Origin: Candidatus Aenigmatarchaeota archaeon
Lineage (GTDB): Archaea > Aenigmatarchaeota > Aenigmatarchaeia > PWEA01
Reading direction: 5' to 3'
DNA: 64,000 nt
Assembly: GCA_046539325.1 (NCBI GenBank)
Contig: JBKHHD010000003.1
Coordinates: forward strand, 843 to 64,842
The translations under genes and the position numbers were made by a program. The notes under the pieces are model-generated. The model saw only the letters and a program-made list of their open reading frames with translations. It was not told the origin of the DNA and did not search any database. The stretch's first letter is position 1, and each line of letters opens with the position of its first letter. Shown one piece after another: positions 1-9,698 of the stretch.

Positions 1-2
1 AC

Positions 3-3000
3 GTGCTCGTGAACAGCAGCTGGACAACAAATGATGAGGAAGTGGGGCCCGACGATAACTACACGGTGGGGGAGAACGCCTCGGACAGCATCCAGGGCGG
101 GATAAACCTGACCGTGGAGAACGAAAGCGTCGGTGTGTATTCCGGTCTTTACAACGAAAGCAAAGGTCTCTGGAACTTCGAAAACGTGACGGAACTGGTG
201 AGCCTGGAGCCATGGAAAGCGAGGGTCAACATAACAGGGAACAGTTCCGAAAGGATACACGTGGATAGTAACGGAACAACCGTAAAAGGTCTCAACGTGA
301 CCAGGGACTTCCAGGAAACGGAGGAACCGTGGGTAAGGGCAATGGAGATAACCGCCGGGAACGTGTCCCTGATAAAGAACAAGCTAAGTGGTGAAGGACT
401 TAACGATACAACAGAGGGTCAGACGGGGATCCTGGTAAACTCTACGTCTGAAAGAAACACGACCAATGTCCACATCTCAGACAACGAAATCACAAACTTC
501 CGCGAAGGTATACTTGTAACGGACGGACCCGATCAGGACGCAGGGATGGTGGACAACCTAACAATCGCAGAAAATATTATAGAGGGCAACGAATACGGTA
601 CTGTCCTCGCGAACAACAACGACACAGAAGACCTACAGCCAACAAACCTCAGCCTGGAGAAAAACATTCTCAGGGGATCTGGAACAGGCCTGTACATATC
701 AGGCAACGAGAACTGGGGAAATAAGAACTACACATCATTCGACACCACGGAACTAAATCTATTCGAAAACCGCTTCGAGCAGCAGGGGACACATCTAAGG
801 GACAACCCCGGCGGGTTGGACCTCAAAAGCGTCGTAGATGATAACAGCTTCGACATCGGCGCGCTGGTCCCTGACGTTGGAGGGAGCGGCTACGAACAGG
901 CTATATCTACTAGCGTGGATAAAGCAACCAGTCTGGCCGCGGAGGGAAGTGAAGTGGAAGTTCTTCCAGGAAAGTACACGGAAGATGTGGTTATAGATAC
1001 CAACAACCTTAAATTAACTTCTCTTGAAGGAATGGAAAACACGACCGTAAACGCAAGCGCTAGCAAGGAAGATAGTCCCTACGCCATCGAAATCACGGCA
1101 GAGAACGTCACCCTGGACGGTTTCACCGTGGAGAACACCCTAGGAAGCGGGGACAACGTTGTATTTGTAGACCACGGTCCTCAAGGTAACACGACTCTCC
1201 TCGACAACAGGTTCGTGGCCGTGTCCGGATACGAAAGTGAATCAGGAAAGACAGAGTTCTCGGTCGAGACCAAAAGTAGGCTGGTGGCCGAGAACAACTC
1301 CTTCGTGGAGGAAGGTACTACGGACGCTACGCTAACCCACGGTATAGGGGGAACCGATGCGGACGCCGCAGATTCCGTGATCCGGAACAACTGGTTCGGT
1401 CCAGGTCTGGACGAAGTCAACGGAAGGTCGGAAGGCGACGGAGAACAGTCTATGACCACGGGAATCCAGATGGCAGGTGCAGACAACGTCACAGTCGAAG
1501 GAAACACGTTCGTGGACGTCTGGGGAAGCGCAGTTATCTTCAACGGTGACGTGGAAAACGCGACCGTCCTGGAAAACGATATATATTACGCAAACTCCGG
1601 TGTGGTCTTCCTTTCAGACGAATCCGACAGTAACAATATAACCGGCGAACTCCTGGTCAACAGAAACAACTTCTTCGACCTGGGTGCAGGAATGGATCCC
1701 GATGGATACGGCGTGTTCGTCGGTGAAAACTGGGGCACGGAGGGGAGCGACAACGTAAGCGAGGTCGATGGAAGGGAGAACTGGTGGGGTACATACAACA
1801 AAGAGGAGATAAACGTAAGTGAGGGCGTGGTCTACTGGCCATGGTTCAATGACACGTACCAAGAAGGAGAAGCTGTAGGTGGACTACCTGCCGTGGAGAC
1901 ACTGGACGAGGAGAACGTCACATATCATTCGGTGGATCTCCCTGGAAACCTGACGTCCATGGGTGTCTTCAACAGCACAAACCTGTCCCTGGACTGGAAA
2001 AATATCGGCGGAGACTGGAACAGAGTAGAAGTCGAAACTGGAAGAGAAGGGTTGGGGACCTATAATACATCCATAGAAGATCTTGACTCCAATACAAGCT
2101 ACAGGTTCAGGGCGGTTTCGGAGGTCGAGGAGAATGGTGACAACTACACCTACAAAGCGTCTACAAGGGAGTTCAAGACGGAGTCGTACGTGAAGACACT
2201 GGATCCTGAAAGAGACTACACGGAGACAACTCTACGAGGTAACCTAACGGATATGCCCGGCGGAAACGACTGGGCAAACGTCTCCTTTATGTACACGGAC
2301 GGAAGTGAGTGGAACGAAACGAACGTAACGAACGCGACATCTGCCGGAACCTTCACCGAGACGATAGACGTCGAGGTAGACAACGACTACAAATACTACG
2401 CAGTCGTGAGGTGGGAAGACAACGAAACGGTTGAAAACACAGGAGGTAATGTAAGCTTCGATATACCCGAGAGGCCGAATATAGATACAGTAGGCTCTAG
2501 CGACGTCAACTCAGACAGCGCGACCCTTGAGGCAGAGATAACGAACCTAGGTCTTGAGGATGAGCTCGACGAGGCGTTCATCCAGTACAGGAAGGATGGA
2601 AGCGATGACTGGGATGATGCGGATGAGACAGAGGGAATAGAGAACATCAACAGCGAAGAGAAGTTTGAGGATGAGGTCTCAGGACTCGATCCCAATACAA
2701 CGTACGAGTTCAGAGCCGTACTGTGGTGGGGTGATGACGGAGAGGACGGCGGAACGGAGGAGTTTACCACAGAAAAGACAGAGGAAGAGGAGGAGAACGA
2801 TACAGAGGAAGAACAACCAAGTATGAAGTTCGGGTCCGTGGACACGCTTCCTGAAGAAAATATAACTGATAGTTCCGCAGTACTGGTCGGGGACGTCGCC
2901 GTAATGCAAGCCATCGACAGCGTGGATGCATACTTCAGATACAGAGAAGCTGACGGCGGGTCGTGGTCGGAGACGTCCTGGGAAACCATAACAGATACAG

Positions 3001-3977
3001 GCGAGTTCGAGGCCGAGGCTGATGGATTGAGCCATGATACGGCCTACGAGTTCGAGGCGGTGATAGAGTGGAACGACGGCGATGAAGAAAGCATTGGCGA
3101 CATGAAGACATTCACTACTGAGAGGCTTGGTCCTGAAATAGTAGACCGATGGCCGAAGGACGGCGAGGAAGACCTCGGCAACGAAGTAAATTTGACCATG
3201 GAATTAAAGCATCCATACAACTACGAGATGAACGTCAGATTCTTAGACGAAGATACAGGAAACATGATAGATGAGATAAAGGGTGTGGGCAATGAGGAGG
3301 TAAACACTTCATGGTTCGGATTGAGTCACAACGAAACCTACAGGTGGGAAGTAGAGGTCCATGACGGTCACTCCTACACATCCTCTGATGTCTTCGAATT
3401 TCACACCACCACACAGCAAGAGGTGAGTCAGACAGAGGCGATGTTAAAAGACAATAAAGAAAAGGTCGAGAGTATGGAAGAGGACATCGAGAAAATCAAA
3501 GAGGAGATGGAAGACGGGGAGATCAGCGAAGACTACGAAAATACAAAGAAACTCTTGGTCGAAGCAGAGGAGGCGGTGGATGAGGGAGACTACGGAACTG
3601 CCATGAGCAAGCTAGAGGAGGCGGAAACGAAGAGAGCAGATCTGGAGAAAAGGATGGCAGAGGCGGAGGAAGAGATGGGTGGATCATGGATGTTTTGGGC
3701 CGCGGTCCTGGTAATCCTCGCTGGTTTGGGAATAGCGATCGTTTACTACTACAGAAACCCCAGGCGAAGGGGACAGAAAAACGTCGGAAGTTACACATAT
3801 AAAGGAAGCAAAGGGAGTGAGAGTTATCTCAACCGCCTTAAATCCCTGTTCACCTTTAGTGAAAGCGCTAGATACAGCTACAATACAGAGAGTAGAAGTG
3901 CAGTCAGACAAAAGCTCAAAAAACTGAAGAAGAAAGTGAAGAAAGGTAACAAGCAGAAGAAGTACGACGAGTTTTAA
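3..3977 (+). CDS. Large cell-surface glycoprotein, 5' truncated at the window edge. N-terminal right-handed beta-helix-like repeats, then ~100-aa Fn3/Ig-like repeats, a coiled-coil stalk, one C-terminal TM helix and a basic cytoplasmic tail
   Basis: Open frame of 1324 aa from the window start. Dozens of N-x-S/T sequons. Repeated GN..F/TVEGNTFVDVWGSAVIF beta-helix-like units. Repeats end in aromatic-x-(F/Y)-(R/E/K)-A-V motifs (YRFRAVSEVEE, YEFRAVLWWGDD, YEFEAVIEWNDGDE). Coiled-coil EEDIEKIKEEMEDGE...DEGDYGTAMSKLEEAE, TM MFWAAVLVILAGLGIAIVYYY, then tail RNPRRRGQKN...KKLKKKVKKGNKQKKY. Confidence 0.7.
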   Translation: MLVNSSWTTNDEEVGPDDNYTVGENASDSIQGGINLTVENESVGVYSGLYNESKGLWNFENVTELVSLEPWKARVNITGNSSERIHVDSNGTTVKGLNVTRDFQETEEPWVRAMEITAGNVSLIKNKLSGEGLNDTTEGQTGILVNSTSERNTTNVHISDNEITNFREGILVTDGPDQDAGMVDNLTIAENIIEGNEYGTVLANNNDTEDLQPTNLSLEKNILRGSGTGLYISGNENWGNKNYTSFDTTELNLFENRFEQQGTHLRDNPGGLDLKSVVDDNSFDIGALVPDVGGSGYEQAISTSVDKATSLAAEGSEVEVLPGKYTEDVVIDTNNLKLTSLEGMENTTVNASASKEDSPYAIEITAENVTLDGFTVENTLGSGDNVVFVDHGPQGNTTLLDNRFVAVSGYESESGKTEFSVETKSRLVAENNSFVEEGTTDATLTHGIGGTDADAADSVIRNNWFGPGLDEVNGRSEGDGEQSMTTGIQMAGADNVTVEGNTFVDVWGSAVIFNGDVENATVLENDIYYANSGVVFLSDESDSNNITGELLVNRNNFFDLGAGMDPDGYGVFVGENWGTEGSDNVSEVDGRENWWGTYNKEEINVSEGVVYWPWFNDTYQEGEAVGGLPAVETLDEENVTYHSVDLPGNLTSMGVFNSTNLSLDWKNIGGDWNRVEVETGREGLGTYNTSIEDLDSNTSYRFRAVSEVEENGDNYTYKASTREFKTESYVKTLDPERDYTETTLRGNLTDMPGGNDWANVSFMYTDGSEWNETNVTNATSAGTFTETIDVEVDNDYKYYAVVRWEDNETVENTGGNVSFDIPERPNIDTVGSSDVNSDSATLEAEITNLGLEDELDEAFIQYRKDGSDDWDDADETEGIENINSEEKFEDEVSGLDPNTTYEFRAVLWWGDDGEDGGTEEFTTEKTEEEEENDTEEEQPSMKFGSVDTLPEENITDSSAVLVGDVAVMQAIDSVDAYFRYREADGGSWSETSWETITDTGEFEAEADGLSHDTAYEFEAVIEWNDGDEESIGDMKTFTTERLGPEIVDRWPKDGEEDLGNEVNLTMELKHPYNYEMNVRFLDEDTGNMIDEIKGVGNEEVNTSWFGLSHNETYRWEVEVHDGHSYTSSDVFEFHTTTQQEVSQTEAMLKDNKEKVESMEEDIEKIKEEMEDGEISEDYENTKKLLVEAEEAVDEGDYGTAMSKLEEAETKRADLEKRMAEAEEEMGGSWMFWAAVLVILAGLGIAIVYYYRNPRRRGQKNVGSYTYKGSKGSESYLNRLKSLFTFSESARYSYNTESRSAVRQKLKKLKKKVKKGNKQKKYDEF

Positions 3978-4010
3978 TGAAATTCTAATCGAGACCGTAC
4001 CACAAACAGC

Positions 4011-4018
4011 TTTAAATA
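4011..4018 (+). promoter_or_regulatory. TATA-box-like TTTAAATA upstream of the surface-protein paralog 2 gene
   Basis: TTTAAATA lies 63 nt upstream of the ATG at 4081. A purine-rich AGAAGGA sits just before the ATG. Confidence 0.35.
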
Positions 4019-4080
4019 AAGTTCTCGGGTAATATTTCTTAGGATTAGTCCGAAAGCGCAAATAAAACCACAGAAGGATT

Positions 4081-5481
4081 ATGATATTTCAAAGGAAGGT
4101 CCTGCTTACAACCTTGGTGTTTTTTTGTTGTATAGTTCTTCTGCCAAACGTATCTGCCGAGTCTGAAGTCGAGGTAAGCACAGGCCGATTCGTTCCCATT
4201 GAAGATGAAGCAATTATATACGGCGAGGTCAATGGCACCGAACTTGAAAACAAGTCCATAGAAGTTTTCTTCCGTTGGGGCGAAGGATTTGAAAACGTGG
4301 AAAAAGAGACTTCAAAGAAATCGCTTCCAGAAGACAAAGAGTTTTTTGAAAGTTTGGAGAACCTAAAGCCTGATACTATCTACACCTATCAAGCGGTGGC
4401 ACAGTGGAACGGGAACGAAAGCTCCGGGTCTGTCGATCACTTCAGAACAGAAGACTTTGTAGACCACAAGGTAAACGCCGAGACACGTGACGCGGAGGAA
4501 ATCTCCTACACTGAAGCAACGCTTATCGGCGAGGTCAATAAAATGGATTTTGAGGAAGGTGAGTTCTTATTTAGGTGGGGAGAAAAAGGGAATCTCAGTC
4601 AAGAGACGAAAAGAGAGGACTTCTCGGAAACGGGGACATTTGAACACGGAATAAGCGACCTCCAAGCAAACACATCTTACCAGTTCCAGGCAGCCGTAGA
4701 TATCAACGGAAGCTATGAAACAGGTGAGAATAGAACATTCACTACCCTTACCCCTTACCCAGAGATTTCAGATCTCTCGCCCGAGGACGGCGCGAGCGAC
4801 ATGGCACCTACAGTCAATCTCAGCTTCGATCTATCACTTCCCTTAAAAGGAGAGGCCGAGGTCAAATTTTACGACGGTGAAGGATCCATTATAGCCGAAA
4901 GAAGCGAAGCTGAGGAAGGTAGAGTCTCTGCAGTATGGAAAGGCCTGAACTTCACCGAGGAGTATGAATGGAATGTGGAGGTAAAGTATAGAAACAGGAC
5001 CGTCAAATCCGAGAAACTCACCTTTGAGACCATGAATCAGACAAGGATTCAAAATATAGAGAACAGAATATACGAAGTTGAAGGGACAATATCTGAGACC
5101 GATGCCCTGCTTGAGAACGTCGACGGAGATACGGATACCTCGGCACTAGAAGCCGGTCTAAGTGACCTCAGAAGCCTGCATACTGAGGCCGAAAAAGCTG
5201 CTGATGAAGGCAACTACGGTTTGGCCGAAGAAAAGATAACTAATGCTGAGGAAGTGGAGGAAGAAGTCAGAAAAGAGGCAGAAAAACTCAAGGAACAGAC
5301 CAGAGAAATAAGCAATCTATGGATTGTACTGGTAATTATTATTGTTGCCACGGTTGCAATTGTTGCGTTATTTGTTTTCACGTTCCAAAAAGGAAGTGGC
5401 AGTAGTACAGGAAGTCCTTTCGAGGACATCGAAGAGCCGGATAGTATACTTGACGAAGACAATAAGGACGAGAAAAAGTAA
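4081..5481 (+). CDS. Surface protein paralog 2. Signal peptide, Fn3-like repeats, coiled-coil stalk, TM anchor, acidic tail
   Basis: N-terminal MIFQRKVLLTTLVFFCCIVLLPNVSAESE is signal-peptide-like. Repeats end in YTYQAVAQWNGNE and YQFQAAVDINGSYE. Coiled-coil carries DEGNYGLAEEKITNAEE. TM LWIVLVIIIVATVAIVALFVF. Confidence 0.7.
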   Translation: MIFQRKVLLTTLVFFCCIVLLPNVSAESEVEVSTGRFVPIEDEAIIYGEVNGTELENKSIEVFFRWGEGFENVEKETSKKSLPEDKEFFESLENLKPDTIYTYQAVAQWNGNESSGSVDHFRTEDFVDHKVNAETRDAEEISYTEATLIGEVNKMDFEEGEFLFRWGEKGNLSQETKREDFSETGTFEHGISDLQANTSYQFQAAVDINGSYETGENRTFTTLTPYPEISDLSPEDGASDMAPTVNLSFDLSLPLKGEAEVKFYDGEGSIIAERSEAEEGRVSAVWKGLNFTEEYEWNVEVKYRNRTVKSEKLTFETMNQTRIQNIENRIYEVEGTISETDALLENVDGDTDTSALEAGLSDLRSLHTEAEKAADEGNYGLAEEKITNAEEVEEEVRKEAEKLKEQTREISNLWIVLVIIIVATVAIVALFVFTFQKGSGSSTGSPFEDIEEPDSILDEDNKDEKK

Positions 5482-5547
5482 GAGACATCTGACCAAAGCT
5501 TAAATATTCACGGAAAATAAAGATAAGCAGTGGGTAGAGGATTCAAC

Positions 5548-8031
5548 ATGAAACGTAGTAAAAGCACTGTCGTGGTTGCAGCTACTGTATTCTTGGCCTT
5601 TCTTTTTCTTTCAGGATTTTCTGTTGCTGATACAACAGTTTATACAGAAGATGTAGAAAACGTCACGTATAATTCATCCATCTTTGTTGGTTCTTTGAGC
5701 CATGATGAAGATGAGGTAAACGTTTCCTTTCAATATAGTGATAACCCTGACAACGAAGATGAATGGGAGTATGAAACGGAATCCAAGACTTTGAGCGAGT
5801 CTACGGATAGATTCACTATTGGGGCCGAAGGTCTTTCAGTCAATACAACCTATGCATACAGGGCAATAGCTGAAGGTGAGAGTACTAGTTACGGTGAAAT
5901 TCAAGAGTTCACTACCTACGCAGAACCTACAGTCAAAGCGACGGAAGCCACCGAAATCACCCATGACAGTGCCGTTCTTCAGGGTAATCTAGTCGAAATA
6001 GGCATGGAAGAAGAAGTAGATCTATATTTCGCCTGGCAAGATGAGTTCCAGGACGACGAATGGAACACTACGGATAATTTCACCCTTCAGGAAGAAGGGG
6101 TCTTCACGAAGGAAATAGAAAATCTAGGAAGCGACAGGGAACATAATTTCAAGGCAGTGATGAATTGGGGAGAAGAAAACCATACGGTAGAAAACACAGG
6201 AGAAACCTTCCAAACAAAAACTCCAGTATATGTCGAGGCACGAGAGGTGGAGGAAGTAACAACCAACTCAGCTCTCCTCAAGGCTGAGGTTCTTGGTGAA
6301 GAAGACAAAGTACAAGAGGAAGAGATCAATGCTTCCTTCTTCGTCAAAAACGATGGAATGGAAAAGATAAAGGAAATTGAAGTCGGGGATACCGGAACTA
6401 TAGAAGCAGAGGCCAATAACCTTCAATCAGGTCACAGCTATATCTCTCGTATAGAAATTTCAGACTATGATTCATCCGATGAAATCGATTTTCTCACAGC
6501 TCCGAACGTGAGCATGAAAAATCTGGACGTGGATTCCGAAGAGGTATACGTGGACGAGGAGTTCGAGGCAAGTGTAGATGTGGAGAATCTAGGAGACGTG
6601 GAATACGAATACGAGGTCGTTTTCTCTGTGGATGGTGACGAGGAGAAAACGGTAGATGCAAATGTTTCAGGTGGGAACACCGAAAAAGTCACAGCCGGTC
6701 TTTCGGTTGGTTCCTCAGGTACCTATGACGTGGAAGCAGAAGTACTTGGTAAAACAAATGAAACAGGAATAGAGGTCTTTAACAAGCCGAATGTAGAAAC
6801 AAAAACCCCTGAAGAAGTTGGAGAAGACTACGCAATTCTCGAAGGTGAAGTAACTGAGATGGGTTTAGAGGACGATGTCAAGGTTTTCTTCCGTTTCGGC
6901 GATGAAGACGAAGACGAAGAATACTGGAGCGAGAGCGAGAAACAGGATATTGATGGAGAAGAGGGATTTGAACAGGAAGTTCAACTAAACGAAGAAATCG
7001 GATACGGGTACAAGGCTGTAGTCCAATGGAATGACGGTGACGACGAAAATACTGGTCAAACTCTCACCATGACACCCGATGCATGCGAATATAACAACTG
7101 GGAAAATGAGACATGTGGCGGATGGGAATGTGACGAAGATGAAGTATATCAGGTCAAAGAGGTCACCGATGGTAGCCCCAGCTACTGTGAAGATATCAAA
7201 GAAAGATGTTTTGAATCAGAGAACTATTGTGGTGTGCCAGATGTAAATATTACCCCCGAAAAGGAAATAGTAAATGTTAGTGGAGGTGAACATGAAAAGA
7301 ACAACGTGACGGTTTGGAATATAGGTACCGAGGATCTTAAAGACGTTGAAATGGAAATAGAAGGAAATATACCCGATAACTGGTTCGAAGTCACTGTATC
7401 TAGTTTGGATATAGAGCAAAAGGATGAGAAGGATTTCCAGGTAAACTTCACACCTAATTCTGGAGCACCTGTTGGTAAATATACGATAAATTACTCCGTG
7501 GACTATGGCTCAACAGAAAGGAAGGAAGGCAAGCTGTGGGTACATCCTGATGAAGAAGGGGAGAAAAAGATAAACACTAGGCACAAAAACCTCACGCAGG
7601 ACATTGAAACTATCGAAGGAACAATAAAAGATCTTTCAGAAAAAACCAATGTCAGTCACCTCGAAGAAGATCTCTCAAGACTCAAAGAGCTAACGGCTGA
7701 GGGCGATGAAGCAATAGAAGAAGGTAACTCCATGGCAGCAAAGGAAAAAATAGAGGAGTCGGAATTCCTACTGTCGGAGATAAAGGATAAAATCCAAACA
7801 ACGGAGAAAGAACTGTCCTTTCCCTGGGCATGGATAGGTGTCGGCATAGTTGTAATTATCGTAATCAGTGTTCTCATTTACTTGCTTCTTCCGCCTATTG
7901 AGGAGTACAAAAGATCAGGTTATCAAAGTCCTAGTGATGAGACAGTCCAGGACAAAATAAAGGAAAAATTCAAGGAACTCAAGGAAAGGATTTTCGGCGA
8001 GGAAGAAGAAGGATACACCTATCAGGACTGA
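5548..8031 (+). CDS. Surface protein paralog 3. Signal peptide, Fn3-like repeats, Cys-rich module, CARDB/DUF11-like domain, coiled-coil stalk, TM anchor
   Basis: The ORF track begins at a GTG at 5530. The ATG at 5548 (MKRSKSTVVVAATVFLAFLFLSGFSVA) has GAGG 9 nt upstream and yields a clean signal peptide. Repeats end in YAYRAIAEGES, HNFKAVMNWGEEN and YGYKAVVQWNDGDDE. Cys-rich CEYNNWENETCGGWECDEDE...YCEDIKERCFESENYCG. Coiled-coil carries EEGNSMAAKEKIEESE. TM WAWIGVGIVVIIVISVLIYLLL. Confidence 0.7.
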   Translation: MKRSKSTVVVAATVFLAFLFLSGFSVADTTVYTEDVENVTYNSSIFVGSLSHDEDEVNVSFQYSDNPDNEDEWEYETESKTLSESTDRFTIGAEGLSVNTTYAYRAIAEGESTSYGEIQEFTTYAEPTVKATEATEITHDSAVLQGNLVEIGMEEEVDLYFAWQDEFQDDEWNTTDNFTLQEEGVFTKEIENLGSDREHNFKAVMNWGEENHTVENTGETFQTKTPVYVEAREVEEVTTNSALLKAEVLGEEDKVQEEEINASFFVKNDGMEKIKEIEVGDTGTIEAEANNLQSGHSYISRIEISDYDSSDEIDFLTAPNVSMKNLDVDSEEVYVDEEFEASVDVENLGDVEYEYEVVFSVDGDEEKTVDANVSGGNTEKVTAGLSVGSSGTYDVEAEVLGKTNETGIEVFNKPNVETKTPEEVGEDYAILEGEVTEMGLEDDVKVFFRFGDEDEDEEYWSESEKQDIDGEEGFEQEVQLNEEIGYGYKAVVQWNDGDDENTGQTLTMTPDACEYNNWENETCGGWECDEDEVYQVKEVTDGSPSYCEDIKERCFESENYCGVPDVNITPEKEIVNVSGGEHEKNNVTVWNIGTEDLKDVEMEIEGNIPDNWFEVTVSSLDIEQKDEKDFQVNFTPNSGAPVGKYTINYSVDYGSTERKEGKLWVHPDEEGEKKINTRHKNLTQDIETIEGTIKDLSEKTNVSHLEEDLSRLKELTAEGDEAIEEGNSMAAKEKIEESEFLLSEIKDKIQTTEKELSFPWAWIGVGIVVIIVISVLIYLLLPPIEEYKRSGYQSPSDETVQDKIKEKFKELKERIFGEEEEGYTYQD

Positions 8032-8376
8032 CTATTTTATATCACACGAAAATCTGCTTTCTAGAATAGAAGCCCTCTTCGCTGCCTGGCATATTTCACA
8101 GAATCTCTCGTCGTATTGCTCCATATCTATTCTTTGTTTCGCGACGTCCTCTACGAGACCATCAACTTTCCTCGAAACATCCTCCGATTTCTCTATCTTC
8201 TTTACCTGTCTTCCTCTCAGTTCGTTCTGGTACTGTGAGACAGCGGGCTGTGTCATATCCAAACGTCTTGCAGTCTCCCTCTGAGTAAGACCGTGTTCTT
8301 CGACTAGATCCCTCGCAAGAATAGCTCTGACAGCAGGAAGGAGATCGTTGACAAAAACCTCACATACGAGTTTCAT
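8032..8376 (-). CDS. Small HTH transcription regulator with a C-terminal Cys cluster
   Basis: HTH-like GLTQRETARRLDMTQPAVSQY, with C-terminal CEICQ...C. Its stop directly abuts the stop of the convergent surface-protein gene. Confidence 0.5.
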   Translation of the reverse strand: MKLVCEVFVNDLLPAVRAILARDLVEEHGLTQRETARRLDMTQPAVSQYQNELRGRQVKKIEKSEDVSRKVDGLVEDVAKQRIDMEQYDERFCEICQAAKRASILESRFSCDIK

Positions 8377-8384
8377 TCGATCAC

Positions 8385-9626
8385 CTAAACCTCTCCTCTG
8401 AGTTTCATGGCTTTCAAAACTTTCTTGACTGCAAGGCTATATGCTGCGTCCCTCATACTTATACTCTTTTCCTTGTGAACATCGTAAACCTCCGAAAAGG
8501 CCTGGGTCATCTTCTTATCCAGCTTCTCTCTGAACTCCTCAAGGGTCCAGCTGTAGCCGTAACGGTTCTGGACCCACTCAAAGTAAGAACCGGTTACACC
8601 CCCAGCATTGCATAAAAAGTCCGGTATCTGAAACACATCCTTTTCAGCAAGGATTTCGTCAGCCCTTGGGGTAACTGGACCGTTTGCAGCCTCGGCAACT
8701 ATGTCAGCCTTTACATCGTCTGCGTTCTCTTCCGTTATCACGTTCTCTATAGCCGCAGGAGAGAGAACGTCCACGTCCAGGGCGAAAAGTTCTTCATTTG
8801 TTATGTCATCATAGGGCGCCTTTGCAACAGTTCCATGCTCTTCCATACTTTCCTTAAGCTTATCGTAATCAAGACCAGAACTGTCATAAACACCTCCACC
8901 GGCATCCGTTACAGCCACCACGTCCATACCAAGTTCCTGAGCAGAATTAACCAGGTGTTCACCAACGTTTCCGAAGCCCTGGACAGCCAGGCTCATACCC
9001 TCCAAATCCCTGTTCAGTTTATTGGCGGCCTCCCTTATCATGAAGGCCACACCTCTTCCCGTGGACTCGCTTCTTCCCTTGGAACCACCTATTTCCACAG
9101 GTTTCGAAGTTATAACTCCAGGCCTGTGTTTTCCGACAAGCTTTTCGTACTCGTCCATCATCCAGCCCATTATCTGAGAGTTGGTTCCGACATCAGGTGC
9201 AGGCACATCCTGTTCCGGTCCTATGTACTTGTAGATGCAGCGAATGTATTCCCTTGACAGTTTTTCCAGTTCACGGTCGCTCATGCTTCGTCCATCGCAG
9301 ACTATACCTCCCTTAGAACCGCCGTAGGGTAGATCAGCAACAGCCGTCTTCCAGGTCATCCATGCAGAAAGCGCCTTGACATCCGAAAGCTCCTCCTCGG
9401 GATGGAACCTTATGCCACCCTTCCCAGGACCTCTCGCATCGTTGTAAAGAACGCGCCAGCCTGTGAAGTTCTCGATAGAACCGTCGTCCATCCTTACAGG
9501 AATATTTACCTCTACTATCCTCTTCGGCTTCTTGAGGACCTCGAGCTCTTCATCACTCATATCTATATGTTTAGCGGCGTTTTCCAGCTGTTTTTTCGCG
9601 TTCTCAAAGGCATTTTCCTCTGACAT
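8385..9626 (-). CDS. gdhA: Glutamate dehydrogenase
   Basis: [11 protein letters not shown]...LPYGGSKGG catalytic Lys motif. NAD(P) Rossmann GFGNVG. 413 aa is typical length. Confidence 0.93.
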   Translation of the reverse strand: MSEENAFENAKKQLENAAKHIDMSDEELEVLKKPKRIVEVNIPVRMDDGSIENFTGWRVLYNDARGPGKGGIRFHPEEELSDVKALSAWMTWKTAVADLPYGGSKGGIVCDGRSMSDRELEKLSREYIRCIYKYIGPEQDVPAPDVGTNSQIMGWMMDEYEKLVGKHRPGVITSKPVEIGGSKGRSESTGRGVAFMIREAANKLNRDLEGMSLAVQGFGNVGEHLVNSAQELGMDVVAVTDAGGGVYDSSGLDYDKLKESMEEHGTVAKAPYDDITNEELFALDVDVLSPAAIENVITEENADDVKADIVAEAANGPVTPRADEILAEKDVFQIPDFLCNAGGVTGSYFEWVQNRYGYSWTLEEFREKLDKKMTQAFSEVYDVHKEKSISMRDAAYSLAVKKVLKAMKLRGEV

Positions 9627-9698
9627 GATATCACACTCTTCTATTGCAGACTTTTACTTTTAAATATAACGTTGTTATAGAAGCATTTGAGAGAAAAA

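Noticed and set aside
149-2989. Several Ser/Thr/Pro-rich minus-strand ORFs within the first surface-protein gene
   Set aside because: Antisense artefacts of the D/E/N/T-rich coding strand. No start context
5530-5547. ORF-track N-terminal extensions from GTG/TTG starts (5530, 19574, 44562, 54071, 55252, 34658)
   Set aside because: Downstream ATGs give clean signal peptides or cofactor motifs, correct TATA or RBS spacing, and avoid overlaps with neighbouring genes
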